In this document: positions 35,151 to 50,137 of the stretch, piece by piece | Layout of the letters: each line of letters opens with the position of its first letter | How positions within the stretch are numbered: the stretch's first letter is position 1 | Assembly (NCBI GenBank): GCA_964252035.1 | Contig: OZ176214.1 | Origin: Podarcis erhardii | Taxonomy: Eukaryota | Reading direction: 5' to 3' (one strand) | Length of the DNA stretch: 64,000 nucleotides | The notes under the pieces: generated by a model | The model's database searches: none | What the model saw: only the letters and a program-made list of their open reading frames with translations | What the model was told of the DNA's origin: nothing | Made by a program: the position numbers and the translations under genes

Positions 35151-38100
35151 CTCTCCAAGGGGGATGGGCAGGGGGGGAGAGTCTCTCCGCCTCTAAAAAG
35201 CTTCTTTGTTCCTTAACTGGCAATCCTGGAGTCTGGCTGCCTTATGATATTGCCAGTGGTCTGCCCCCACCCCCCATCCCGCCCACTCGCCCATGAACTG
35301 AAATATGGGAAGGTGTCTTTGAATTTTTTGGGGGTGCTGCTGCTTTGAGATCTGAGCCCCCCCTTACCTATCACGCTCAGCGAATTGTGTTGGGGGGTAT
35401 GGATCCATCAGTTTGTTGTTGTTTTTTTAAAAAAAGGTTTAGCTGTCATCATCGTTTTGCTAAGTCTAAAACTTTGCTTTAATTCTGGTGGTGCAGATGA
35501 AAAGCGAGGGGCAAGGGCATCCTTACTGGGTCTCTTCTTGTTGCTTTCCATAAATGTGCACAATGATGCTTGAGAAAATTTCTGTGCAGCCTTTTCCAAG
35601 CTGGTGCCTTCCAGATGATTTGGACCACAACTCCCACCAGCCTCAGAACCACTCTCTGGAAAATGGAACAAGCTGTATGACCAAGGCCCTGGGAGTGAGG
35701 GGTGGCACCCATGATCTCTGCGAGTGAGGCTTGCAGTTGCTGTGGTTTCGGAAGGGCCAAAACCAGATGGGACACAGGGACACCCATAGGAAGCTGCAGT
35801 TCAGACTATTTGTCTGTCAGGCCAAGCAATGTTTGCACTAGTGGCTCCCAAGTTTTTTGCTATGACAACCCACAAGTCCCAATTTACTTGGTATGGTGGC
35901 CCATCAGTTTATTATCACATTACATTTTGGACCTTGGATCTTCTCTGCTGCCAGCCACCAGACAGCAGTTTCCAAGGTTGAAATGCAAGAATTGGAGGTT
36001 TGTGACATTCATTTGCAAGTGCTAATGCAGCATTATAATACATGAACAAAAAAGCCCATCATACCAGTCAAGGATTACAAACCATTCTTATTTAGGGTTT
36101 GTTTATAAAGCTCATGACTCACTTGTGTGAGTTTTGCAACTCACCTGCATGCCATCATCCAGAGGTTGGGAAACACTGGCCTACACCAGTGTTGGGGAGC
36201 CTGTGGCCCTCCAGATGTGGATGGACTCTTAACAATTTTGTGGGTGTCAGGAATGACTGAAATATGGCAACCCTATCCAAAGGGACCTTCCCCATGTAGA
36301 ATTTGTGCTCTGACACTGTTTCCTGGTGCATGTGGAAGGCAGGCTTGAAGTTTCATGCACTTAAAGTCTCAACTGCCAAGCATCACCACAGGATACTCTT
36401 CCATCTCTGGGCTTTTTTTTAAATGATGGGGGGGGGGCAACTTGGACTCGCAATGCAGAGGAACCACTGCATTTCGCCATTTTCTACAATCTAAATCTCC
36501 CTTTTTGCCCAAGCGGTTATTAGCCACACTGGTCAGAAAATACACACAATATTTTGTGTTACATTGGTTGGTCTAATAAAAGTACTGCCCTAGTAGGGAT
36601 TTTGGAATTTTTCTTAGCTGTCAACACGGATACCTTTACTCTTTGTTTTAAGCACAATACTCTCTCTCCTCAGGTCAAACTGTCCAAATTAAGACATACA
36701 TTAGAATCCTGGGAAGCAGGAGACTTTTCCCCTTATTTCTTTTTGCTGGTATATGTGTGCTGCAATTCTCAAGGTGACTGTAAAAAACTAAACACTGTTA
36801 TTCTCCCCACCCCCTGCCCACCTCAGGTGGTGGCTAAATATTTATTGGGGTTGTCAGAGCTTTGAATGTGGCTTTGGCAATTTATCCACATTTGAGCTTT
36901 AAGAGGGATTTTTGTTGTTGGCTGTTTGTGATTTGTTTTTGTTTCGGGAGGAAATGCATTGCTATTGCAGTTGCTTTTAACGAAGTCACCTAGATGCTTT
37001 TGGGTAGGCTATGCATACATGAAGTAAATAATAAAGGTTGCGTGACATACATAGGACATTTTAAAACCCAGAGCTATCCTCTGTGTTAATTCATCTGGAA
37101 TGTTTAAGACTCACAATCACCAAGCTGGATCGAATCCTTGTTTCACCCGTAAACTTTTGCCTTGTAAGGCCTTGGGAAGAGCTTCCCTCAAACTACTTGC
37201 TGTAGCTACTGGAGAGACGAAAGGAAGTTCTCCTTCATATTACTAAATATTTGACTATCTGTCCTTGACTATTAGTTATGGGACAAGTTAGCAGTTTACC
37301 ACTCACTATGGCACAGCAAGGCTGAACACCAGTTTGTGGCAGATATACAGTAGGTGAGGACTACTGCTTTTAAGTCAGCAGTGGGGAACCTGTGGCTCTC
37401 CCATCATCGCCAGCCAGCATAGCCTGAGGTTGGGGGTGATAGAAGCTGTAGTTCAGCAACTTCTGGAGGGCCACAGATCTTGCATCCCTGCTTGTGGGCT
37501 GCCTGGAGTCATTTTATTGATCACCAGATTTCAAAATTAGCCAGGCGCCAGACACATTTTGCACCTAGCTATTGGCCACTTGTGACCAAGTGAAGATGCC
37601 TGGGTGGCAAGATGGTGCCTGACGTCTCCACCATCTGGAAGTGCATACCAGGGGATCCTTGGATCTTGACTGTTTTAACACAGTAATCCCACAACCTGTA
37701 CAATTCTATCAGTTATATTTTATTTGCATGATCAGAACGAATTTCACGAACCAAAATGCCTTTTTTCTGTGCAGCCTGAACAGGAGCAGTCAACAGCATT
37801 AAAATTAATTGTTGTAACTTGTTTTCACTTACCCCACCCCACTGTCCTGCTCACAGTTGTGAAGAATATCCCTACATTATGAATGGTCCATGTCACCATT
37901 AAGAAAAAGAGGTCGGAACAGGCCAATATATATGTGGACCATCCCTGAATCAAGTGACTTTTCTTCTTTACGTTCTCAAAGCTCTTAAGACCTGGTAAGG
38001 CTGGGCTAAGGTAAGAGCTGTTTGTGTGAAGGCATTAACGAGCCCTTAAGCAGAAACCTGTGGCATGCACTTCTAATTCTAGATCTTGCTTTCTCTTTCC

Positions 38101-39388
38101 TTTAGTTTCCCTTTTGCTAATATATGGGAGAAATTTGAAGGTTGGGACTTGCTGAGCTGAAAGCGGCTAGATCTGTTCTCCATCAGCCAACTCACAGTTC
38201 CTCCATGCACAGAGCAATGCAGCAGAATGACCAAAAAAGGCTCAGACCACAACTGCATTGGCACCTGTTCTTAACAAGGGGCAGCTTGTGGAGCTCTGTA
38301 TTCCTTTAGGACAAATGGATGGCTGAAAAATACCATAAATAAAAAAGACGTATATGAACAGGTGGTTTTGACTTTAAGAACTCACTTAAATCACGGCACC
38401 ATCATGGTTGTAGGAATAAATTGGGACTTTGCTTCTGCTGTCTTTATGATACACAAATATACTTGGGAGTAAGCACCATTTTGTTGTAGAAAATGACATT
38501 AGATGTCTTGCTGCTCAGCCATGCCAACAAAAACATTTGCAAATAGTGTCAGCCAGTGGGACCTGGCATACCTATGCTGACCCAGAAACTGTTGTGGGGC
38601 CTGTTGTGCTGCAACCACCATCTGCCACATTGGCTGGGTCTGTGCCTCCATCACATATTGTTCAAGAGGGTTCCCTAACCCTTCAGAGATTTGTGGGGGT
38701 CACAGGGGGCGGCAGGATGAAGAGGAGGGGGCAGGAAACTTTCCTTCCATGAACATCCTTATCTTTGGATCCAAACTAAGAGTATCAGTTGCTGGGTGGG
38801 TAGGGTGATCAAATTTTGGACTTCAGCATGTAGCCAGGAGTTACCAGTAGCTTTTTTCCTTCCATAATATTAAATCAAATGCCCTCATTAGCCCTATATT
38901 CTCCACTTCCAAAAACCTCTATATTTCTTCTCCACAAATACTATTGTATTTTCTTTTGCAATAGGAAGGACCAATAAAGGCTGGCATAATCACAGTAATG
39001 TTAAGAATTCAGTTCTGAGTTTATATGCTATAATAGCAGTGGCTACACTGGGGCATCTTGGTTCTGTGGGAGTGTCAACTTCAGTTCCATATGCATTAGG
39101 TGGTTGAAATCCCCGCAATAATTCCGCAAGTTAGGTGGCAACATCCTCATATTGCAAACCTGGGGCTGAGAGTAGCTAGTCTTAAGGTCTCCTGGTTTTT
39201 GGCAGAAACACAGAACTTTGCTGATTTGTGCTCGGTCTCTTGGTCCCAATGCTCACATAAGCTGATCATCACATCACGGAAACAGGTGTTTAATACCCCC
39301 ACCTCAAATCCTCAGTGTGCTAGTGCCCAACTAGTGCAAAATGGCAAAAACTCTTTAGGTATTCAAGTAAACACATGAGCAGGGTCTA

Positions 39389-39648
39389 CAGCATGGGTAG
39401 GCAAACTAAGGCCTGGGGGCTGGATCAGGCCCAATCACCTTCTCAATTCGGCCCGCAGACAGTCCAGGAATCAGCGTGTTTTTACATGAGTAGAATGTGT
39501 CCTTTTATTTAAAATGCATTTCTGGGTTATTTGTGGGGCATAGGAATTTGTTGATTCCCCCCCCCCTTCCAAAAAATATAGTCTGGCCCCCCACAAGTTC
39601 TGAGGGACAGTGGACCGGTCCCCTGCTGGAAAAGTTTGCTGATCTCCG
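39389..39648. mobile_element. hAT (Charlie-like) MITE
   Basis: Termini cagcatgggtaggcaaact / agtttgctgatctccg with internal ggccc sub-terminal motifs. Confidence 0.7.
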
Positions 39649-41115
39649 ACAGGGATTAAGGTGCTAACTCCATCCCCCACTGCTATTCTTATTGTCCTTC
39701 AACTTGTGCAAAGTAATCTGAAGTGAGGATGCCCCTGTACACATGGAAGTTTCCCAAATTATAGAATCCTGGAAAATTTGGGTTCTAAAATACAGTGCAC
39801 CTCCAGGAGTGCATGAGGCTCCCTGCTTCAAAACAAGGCTGGAACTAACACAACCACAGCCCCTGTACAAGTAGGCAGGTATATAGTTCTATGGCATAGG
39901 CAAACCTACTAACCCCACTTTGCCCTACCTGTGCCACTCAGTAGTGCTGGTTCCAGGTTGTTGGAATTTTTTTTTGGGGGGGGGTCTCCTTAGTGGCTTC
40001 CAGCCTGTTCACTGTCCATTTACTTGCTTCCCCCTGTGGGCCTAATCAACAGTACCGAGAGAGCAAATAAGGCATGTAGACGTTACTTTGCCTTCTCCTC
40101 TAATCGAGGAAAATATGCAAGCTCCAGTGATCAGTAGTGTATCACCCTACAATGGTGGAGCCTTCATAGGTGTCCAGTGATCTAATCCCCAATTTCTGTT
40201 ATGTCTTCTTTAAATTTTGGCTCACAGCTAGAATTACCATGTGGTGCAAGCATACATCTTTGCCTTCAGCAACTTCTAATGGGACCTCAGAGAGTAACCT
40301 GTCTTGTTTTATAACATTTTGTGAATGCATGCGGTTTTCTTCGCAGTAGCCAGAAACCACCCATAAAATGATCAGCCAACATTTCTTAGTAACTCACATG
40401 TCTATAGCCAGAATAATGTGTTTTCAGACAATACTAAGCAGTTTCATTTGTTTTGGCAAATCTTTGGATGTATAAGGTGGTTTGCTTTGGCTTATTTCCT
40501 GTTCAAGCACTGAGGCAGTGCAAATCTAATTATGGGGAACACAATGACATAGCTGAAAGTTAATATTTTTTGTCATAGCTGGCAATTAAAGGCAAGCAAG
40601 GGTATTTGATTATGTTCTTTCTTTCAGTCCTCCTTTTCAAAGGCAGCCCCATAGTTAAACTTTTTTTTATTAAATATGAACTATTAAGATGTCATCTCAG
40701 TAACACCAACCAGGGCCTCTCTCAAGCTTTATTCTCTGTAATAGCCACATTTTACTGACTGATCTGAGTAAAAGCCAGTATGTGCTCTCCACAAAACCTT
40801 GCCTTGAAACAGGCAAATGCTAGTTCCTTAAAAACGTGCATATTCCAGTTATATTTTCACACATGGGAAAGAAAATTGATCTGAAATTTGGTGACTTAGT
40901 GCCTAATTAATTGATATCAAGGTTTTTTTTTACAAGCTAGTTCTTTAAGAGCCACTTAGAGCTAGTTTTCACTCTTGAAAACTTTCTATAATGCAGTGCT
41001 CTAGAAGCCTCTGGCTGAAGAGTGGTGTATTTTTTTAAAAGGAGAATCTAATAAAAAAGCAAAGAAAGAGCAAAGAACAGACAAATCAGCCACAAACCTC
41101 AACTCAACTGACAAA

Positions 41116-41121
41116 TTTATT
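41116..41121 (-). terminator. ACSL4: Candidate ACSL4 polyadenylation signal AATAAA
   Basis: First canonical hexamer found by eye downstream of the ACSL4 stop. On the minus strand it is followed by a GU/U-rich tract (gtttgtggctgatttgtctgttctttgctc). Confidence 0.5.
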
Positions 41122-44100
41122 GATGTCTACTCTCACTTCCCAGCTATCCCAGCATCAATTTAGGAAGATTTTAGGGCTTATTTCATACTTTTTCCAGTGA
41201 CAAAAAGGAGCCTTCCAATCAGCGACTGACCTGGTTTGCGCAACATAGTAAGCCAAACAAGTTTCGCAAGACTACGTAAATGTGCAGCCTCCTGCAGAGA
41301 AGCAAGCGGCTGCTTTGTTCCCATCTACTATTTTCTATATAGGCCAAGCTAAGCCAAGGCTTGGCTTAGTGTGTTGTCCCAACTGGGGGACTTGTATTTA
41401 AGCTCTTGCGGTAACAGCAAGCTATACCCAAGAACAACCCTGACTTTAGCTTGTGGTTAGTGAGAGAACTTAAACATCAATTCAGCTGACATGGTTAAAC
41501 CAAATCTTGGTTTAGTTTGGCACAGCAGGAAAAAGTACTTTGCTAAAGCTTGGCTTACTGTTTCATGCAAATCATAGCCTTAGATGCATTGGATACAGGG
41601 GGGCCTCTATTTGTAGTACCATCACCTGGGCTCTGCCTACTTTAGGTTCCCTAAAAGGGGGAAAAAAAACCACACTCTTGTTTATCTCTCTGCAGTTTCT
41701 TGCTAAAGCCCTAGAATATTTTTCATTCCAAGACAAAGATATGAAAATGTAGGCGATATCTAAAAATTATGTAACAGTCCATCTATAGCTGCTGGGAAAG
41801 TGTACTGGTATGCAGGGATTCAAATTATGGAGGTTAGAAAACTGGAAACAAATGAGTTCCACAGAATGTGTTCCCTCACTAGTTTGTCTATAGTAATTAC
41901 ATAGGATGTAAGCTGCAGGGGCTGCATAACCTAGTTAAGGCTATATTCACTTGCCTGCAGGTAAGTTCCATTGAACTCAATGGGACTTACTCCTGGATAG
42001 AAATGTAAAGGATTGTGCTGTAAATGTATTTTATGGAATAGAAAGTCATGTGAATCTTATATGGACTTGACTTTTTTAAAAAACAAAACAAAAACAACTA
42101 TGATGAGTCTTAAGCTGTGGGAGAAAACTGCGAGACTTTCACAGTGGGAACTTTTAAAAGTATATCTTCATGAATACCAAAAATGAGGTTAGTCAATAAA
42201 GGCCACATTAACACCAGAGCAAAGAGACTATATAGGTCAGAGATATACTCAGTGCATTCTAAACAAACACTACAAGCTGCTGTTAAGATTTAAAAGCACA
42301 CAACAGCTATTAACTCCATACATTTGTTGTTTAAAGATTTGTCGTGTTTGACAAAGTCAATATAGCAAATTTGTGTCTAAGAAAGAGCAATTTTTATCAC
42401 ATACTGAATATAGTAGACTTCAACAATGAGCTCATGGGGGGGGGGTCACTAATCAATAGTGAAAGGATTTCCTGTTTATGTAAACAAGTGTATGTGTTTA
42501 GTGAGGAACTACCAAGAGGCGTTTTTCTGGTCCCAATGTAGGACTCGTCATACATTAGCAGCCCTCAGATTGGACTCGACAAGTTCAATTGGCAGTGTGC
42601 TGGTTTGATGGGAGAAGGATGGTTGAAAAATTGTCTAAACTATCCTTGTGCCTCAAAAATTAAAATTGGTCCTTAAAGACAGAACAGCTAGTTCTGGCCA
42701 GAACAATGGCTCAATAGGTTTGACAATAACTGAAACTCGTGATTTGTTGTTGCTCTGAAGGTTGACTGACCCACACATACACTTCATAGAAGGAAATCTT
42801 GCCCAAATCTTGAGTACAGGAATAACATTTCATACAAAAATCCCTTCATCATTTAGAAACAATACTGGATTGTTTTCTTTTGACCATAATATACACACTT
42901 AAATATTATGAATAAAAGAAATCTATCTTATAAATATTTTTAGAGCCAAGTCAAAGTATGACACATTGCAATCAAGGGTCACAGCTGTACAAAACTGGAA
43001 GCAATGTATAAAAAGGTATTAAGAAAAAAGTGCAAAATAGAACAGCATCAAGAATTGCCACATCTTACAGCATTTCTAATTCAAGTGTGAACTGCTAGCA
43101 AGGATATAAAAGTCCAGAGCATGAACTCAAGGGGGTGGGAAAAAGTAAGAGACAGCTGAATGCAGTACACAAAACACAAAATACAGGAGAGTTGCTGCCT
43201 TACTCTCTTCTCAACACACCAAGAATTCCAGTTTTTAAACAAACGTTTTCACAAAACAGAAGTTTTAAATACAGTATTTTCCCTTTAAACACATCCTCGA
43301 ACAAAAACTTCCAAAGACCAAATTCATCACTCACAAATACAAAATTAAGCTTTTACATATGACTTGTGTGGTGTATTAAAAGAAATAGAAATGCCCTTTC
43401 AGAGGGGAAAAAAATAACATAAAAACCCATAGGACTTAATTTCTGGTGTTGATGTGCTTGGAAGAGCAGGCAGAGATCCCAATTCACCATACTTGGTAAG
43501 TAAAGGTGAATGCTTAAGAAAACAGAGACTACTGTAGCCATCAAACTTGTTTAGTCCCATTGATTTCAAAGGGAGTGTGCTAATGATCTGAAAATTTATG
43601 GATGCTGCATTATCACTGGAAGTCAGCGTAGTGTTGGAGGTGGTAAAGATCACAAACTTGTCATTTAGAAAAGGATTTTTAGATCCTTTGGTGTTTGAAT
43701 AGGGGGAGTCTCCTTGTGATAGTATAGGACATAACCCTTAAGGAGCAGATAGGATGCATCTGAATATGGATTACGGATCAGCTCTGAAGTGTACTTGTTT
43801 CCCTTTTAGACACTAAAAACACTGAAAAACTGGCAAGCGGAATATCTCACCAGTAGTGCATTCTTTGCCCCGTCCACATTAAATTTATGAACCGAATGAT
43901 GTGGTCTGTGATCAATAAAGGGCAGAAGCTAGTTTTACAGTTATTCAGTGTAGGGTAAAACGAAACTGGGTCTTTAATACCATAAAAAGTACCACAGGTG
44001 TCTCTTCTTCCAGAGTATTTCCACACAGCTAAAGTGTGCTTTTTAGGAGCCTAAACTATGGCCAACTGCACTCAATGTGTATTCAGTTAACTATCAAAAA

Positions 44101-44827
44101 ACCCCCACAGTACGCTGTGGTAACATTTCTGTTCCAAAAAAATCTGATCGGTTACATTTTAATAAACTAAATTGCTGTGTGTTTACCAAACACACACATG
44201 GTGCAAAGCAGATGCATGCTAGGATCATTGTGGATCTGTTTTTGGCTGTGTGAAAGTAGCATTCAAGAGAGAAACATCTTTTTCTGTCTTTTAGCTCTAC
44301 ATAATGACAGTCAAATTAAAAGAAACTACTTTCTCTACCAAAGGACCTGAGATTGCAGATTTATGAGCAGCACTCTGGAAAGTATAAGCTTCATTCTGCT
44401 TACTCTTTCTTCAGTTTTTCCATATACAACACATAAATTAAATACAAGCTCATTTTTTCCTCCACTTGAAAATCATCATAGTGAAATTATTAAAGATGAT
44501 TTAATTCCTTATGAGTAAGGGAAGCCAGAATATAAAAAGATAAAAACAATGGTTTACCCAGTGAGGGAGTTTCATATGGACACAACCATTATTTACTGGG
44601 AGTGAACAAATGAAACTACGGCAGTGGGTCAGTCATTTGGACAGCATCTTGAAAGTACAGTTCAGGAAGCCAGTACTGTTCCTTCTTGAAAATGAAGTGT
44701 AGCTTTCATCCATTTCACAAAATGCCACTTCTCCATTTATAATTATAGCCAACGTTTGGGGAATGACATTTGTTGCTTTGTTTTAGAAGGAATCCTGCAC
44801 AACATCTTGACTCCCGATGTCTGGAGA

Positions 44828-45040
<213 letters not shown>

Positions 45041-45402
45041 TTAATACTCAACTGATGTGAGCTCATGAACATGGCCTGCACAAAATATTCAACTGTGTGA
45101 AGTCTAGTAAAGAGAGAGCTTTTACTGCCTAGATTAACACAGGAAACAACACTGATTTTCAAGCTTCAGGGAACTCTTACCACAGATGTTTGTTCATCAC
45201 TGCTCTCCTGAATGTCTGCCATGGAAACCTCATGCACTGAAGCAGATTCTGCATTTTCAGGTCAAGTCTGTTGGGCTTTACTCACATGTGACTAAGAATA
45301 TGTCCAAGACATTCCTGCAGCTGCACATTGCAGTAGGTTTTTTTTTTTTTTAAGTGAACATCACTCATTGCTGCTAATTTCACTGAAGAACCCCTCACCG
45401 AT

Positions 45403-45472
45403 AATCATAGAATTATAGAATCATAGAGTTGGAAGAGACCACAAGGGCCATCGAGTCCAACCCCCTGCCAAA
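45403..45472 (-). mobile_element. Very short (about 70 bp) CR1 3' terminal insertion
   Basis: atcatagaattatagaatcatagagttggaagagaccacaagggccatcgagtccaaccccctgccaa, matching the 3' end of the CR1 at 62613. Confidence 0.85.
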
Positions 45473-45592
45473 AATCTTCCAAGGAACACTAGGGAACTGA
45501 CTAGACTATATGAATTTTTGTTTTTTGTTTTTTTTAAATGTAAATATGCATATTGGTTACTCAATACAGAAACCTCCAAAGCATTTTGTTTA

Positions 45593-45823
45593 CAGTGGTA
45601 CCTCTGGATGCAAACGGGATCCGTTCCGGAGCCTCGTTCGCATCCAGAGCAGAACGCAACCCATGTCTGCGCGTGTCGTGATTCGCCGCCTCTGCGCATG
45701 ACATCATTTTGAGCACCTGCGTGAGCGGCGAAACCCGGAAGTAACGTGTTCCGTTACTTCTGGGTCGCAGCGGAGCGCAACCTGAAAATGCTCAACCTGA
45801 AGCTACTTTAACCCGAGGTATGA
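45593..45823. mobile_element. Tc1/mariner MITE (one end clipped)
   Basis: TA|cagtggtacctctggatgcaaacgggatccgttcc ... aacccgaggtatga. Reverse-orientation relative of 5819-6078. Confidence 0.85.
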
Positions 45824-46630
45824 TGGCACTTCCAAGCTTTTGCCCAGGGCCAGTGGATCAGATCAAATTATACCAATCCTTAGACATCTTCACTGGTTGC
45901 TAATTTGTTTACAGGATCAATTCAAGGTAATATAGAAAAGTATGGTATAAATTAATTTAAGAAAGCAGAGCTTCATGTGCTGCTTTTCTGAAGTGTGAGC
46001 AGGAATGTAACTCAATAAGTATATTTAATTTTAAATTATCATTATAATATAACAAGACATTTAAATAAATTTTGAAATAAAATTAAGGCTATTGATTTTG
46101 CCAGAATGTAATAAACATTAATTTCGGTGTGTTGTGCTTCTTCAAGTAAGAATTCCAGTTTTGGCTTACAATGAATTAAACTGGGACTTCTGGAAAGCAA
46201 TTGGTTAACAACTTGTTTTTATTGCTGTAGGAACAAGCAAGCTATGATGAGTTAACTGCCAACGTGGAAGAAATTAATTTAAAAGCTCCCATTTAAAATG
46301 TACCAATTTTTGTTAAGAAAGTACTTATTAAAAGACTGCCTGTTCCCATATGAACATAGTAATCTTGTTATTCTGTGGGTAAAGGAATGGTCATACTGTT
46401 CTTTCATTACATTTCATTGTTGTTTTTTGTCAACACATTACTGCATAAACTGGTGTTTTAGAATATTTGCTCTACTGTTTATAGTATGTTAATATAAACT
46501 TGAATTGGTAACTGCTGTGAGAATTTTGCTAAAAATATGAGGCAAAATAAATGAATTGAATTAAATAAAGCCTAAATGTTTTGCGGGTGTTTGTTTGTTT
46601 TTTTTAAAGAAAAAAATGGTGTACATATAG

Positions 46631-46644
46631 CCACTAGATGGCAG
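46631..46644 (+). promoter_or_regulatory. CTCF consensus-like motif in the last ACSL4 intron
   Basis: CCACTAGATGGCAG matches the CTCF core CCAC[CT]AG[AG][GT]GGC[AG]. Motif match only. Confidence 0.45.
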
Positions 46645-47638
46645 GAGAGTAATGAATTAGGATGTTCCCAAGGGCTGTCTGTATCCCAAGAAGCAATTCC
46701 GCTTTTTCTACCCTTACACAGCCCAGTTAACTTTAACTGACCGTTCCCCACCCCCGGTAATCAATATATTTAAATCTATTGAACAGTTATGGCATATCCA
46801 GTCCCTACATTTTGAGAGAGAACCCAGGTCAGGATCCATTTTTGCATTTATTCCTAATGCTTTCGGGTTTTAATCAGATCCCATTTCCTAAAACTCTTAA
46901 TTTGAATTCTCTTTGCAGTACAGTTCTTGCTATGCCCACGACACATTCAGCTATGCTGCAGTGCTCGAGTACTAGACTTACACTGCTTGGCAAGGTTCAT
47001 AGCATGAAATACCACGCAGCAAGTTTCAAGTAAAAGGAAGCACAGCAATGTTGCAAGTAAGCTGTGTATTCAGCATGCATCCAGGAGCTGGAATCTTGGG
47101 AATGGAAAGGATGGCAGTCCTGGACAGCTGAATACCGAATTCCCATGGGCTATTCCAGTACAACTTCTTTTAAAATGAAAGGGAGGAGGGGAAAATTGGA
47201 TCCCTAAAAGGCAGCATTTCAATCAGTCACACAATATCCCCCACTTTCTATGGCAAGTAACCAAAAAGTGTTTGTCCAGACCTTTTCCTGCCTGCCACCC
47301 AAAGAAACAGAACAAGCATGGAAACAAGAGGAAAGTGTCACTATGTTTGGGGAAAACAGGTTTCTAGGGGTGTATTTTAAAAATAAACAAACCCAAAATA
47401 AAGACATGGCTGACACTCCAAGTATGAGTGGGGTTAGGCGATAAGGCTATATATGGCCTGGGGTGAGAGGCAGTGGCATGGAAGAGTCTTGAGGGCTAGT
47501 TAGAAAGCTTGTGGGGCTCAATGTGGCTCTTGCGCCAAAGAGGGTCCTCCACTCCTGCTATTGTCTCATTTTGTTTCAGGTCTGACTTTTGTATCATTAC
47601 AATGGTATTCTGATACCCAGAAATAGCTGTTTGCTTAC

Positions 47639-47796
47639 TTTTGTTAGCCATCTGCTTAATCTCTTTCAGGACTTCAGATTCCATTGTTGGATTGTTACAG
47701 ATGTCCACCCAGCTGCCAGTTGCACCTTTCTGTTCAGCAAGAGCAGTTAATTTCTTCTGATTAGGAACCACAAAACTGATGACGTAAGATTGGTCA
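47639..47796 (-). CDS. ACSL4: ACSL4 coding exon ([15 protein letters not shown]...EIKQMANK)
   Basis: Acceptor ttttctag, donor gtaagc, 158 nt, phase consistent with both neighbours. Confidence 0.96.
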
Positions 47797-48606
47797 CTAG
47801 AAAATAATGCAGGAGAAATTGATTCAGGACCAATAATCATACTTCTTTGCTTGCAAAAAATATATGCTCCTATGTGCTTTAGCTAGAAAAGTACTCCAAT
47901 CCTTCAAATCTGTAGTGTGGGTTGTATCCAAGGCTAGTCCTTCTCAGAGTAGACACACTGAAATTAATGGCAACAACTAAAAGGTTCATTAATTTCAATA
48001 GGTCAGCTCTAAGTAAAATTTAGTTGGATATAAACCACTGGAGACAACTCATTTATCACAACGTTTGATTAATAGTCGTGAAAAGAAAAAAAGGAGTGCA
48101 TGTAAGATTCAACACAATTCCAACACAGAAGTGTTAGTAAGAACAAAAAGGAAAATACAGCCCCATGTTTTTCTGCTACTTATAGGAAAAGTCTGTTGCT
48201 GTTAATTATCTCATTTCTATATAAAGACTAAAGATGAAGAAAAAGAGGGTTGCTTTTTTACTTGTAAAATGCTGGAGACATTCAGGTGCTACCTATTTGG
48301 AATACAGCAATTCTTTCCAGAGCTATGAGAGAGTTAACAGCTGCTGTTTCTCTGTGCCAACTTAATGTACCTGTAACCTGAGCTAGGGAAAGGCATGTGT
48401 GTCAGCTCCAAACCTGTTGAAGCAGCCCTGTGTCTAATTTCCACTCCTGCAATTCTATAGTCATGCAAGAAAGCCTTTAGATAGTAAAGAACAAGGCTCA
48501 TTTTAACTAAATATGCTACTTTGCTTTTCAAAGTAATTTGGGTTTTTAAAAGCCTCCCAGAGACCAGCAAATCAAATTTATGAGCACACAAATTCATACA
48601 AACCTA

Positions 48607-48789
<183 letters not shown>

Positions 48790-49168
48790 TCAGAACTGTG
48801 TCCCACTGTATTTGTGAAGCAAATACCCAGATAAATGTTTCCATTTACACCATGTGTTAGGAGAAAGCTCAATATACAATCAGATGTTTCATTTTGTTAT
48901 TCAAAGTGACAAGGGATTTGCCTTTGCAACAGGGACTCTACTATGAGTTTGATGCCAAAGTAAAAAATATATACATAAAATTTAAAGTCAAGATTAAAAG
49001 AATTTCTGTTAAGATGTACAGAAAGACAGAATTTGGTTAAGGCTCTAATATAGCACACTCCTGTATAACAGGAAGACATAATACAATGGGTGACTGAAAT
49101 CCAACCAACTCATATTCAGAGTAGATTCACTGAAATAAATGGAAGCTATTTAAGTCCACTGATTTCTA

Positions 49169-49465
<297 letters not shown>

Positions 49466-49981
49466 TTAGCAATAACAATTATAGTTCTTGCTTTCCTGCA
49501 ATCAATGAGAAATAAAGCAAAGCAGCTATAAAGCAGGCTATAAAAATAAGCAGTAAAGCTATATAAAAATAAAATGCTGTACTGAAGAAGTGAACATCAA
49601 TGATTAACTGTATCAAGATACCAAATTCACAGGGACAACAAAATGCCATCCTTTATTAGGAATGACAAATGCCTACAATGCTTCCCCCCCCCCTTTTAAT
49701 GCCAAGCCAATTGAGCCTGTTACATGACAGGAATGAAATTGACACAAACTCTGGCCTATGCATGGTTACTCAGAATTAAGACCCCCCCCCCCCAAAAAAA
49801 ATTATGGGGTTTATTTCCAGTAAGTGAGCATACAATTGCAGCTAACACAGCCATCTTGTACATGCTTACTAAGCAAGCCCTATTCAACTTAACTGGAATT
49901 ATCTTCTGAACAAATATGCATAGGATTGGTCTGTAAGTTTGACTGGAAAAGTTTTTCAGGGTTTATACGTGCATTGTATTA

Positions 49982-50137
<156 letters not shown>

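Noticed and set aside
34261-35296. Multiple long overlapping ORFs (113-241 aa) on both strands around KCNE5
   Set aside because: Expected in a very GC-rich CpG island with few stop codons. Only the KCNE5 frame has recognisable homology.
45160-46300. Intronic C/D-box snoRNA in the last ACSL4 intron
   Set aside because: The minus-strand TGATGA...CTGA pair near 45165-45200 spans only about 30 nt, and the ATGATGA near 46243 is on the strand opposite the host gene.
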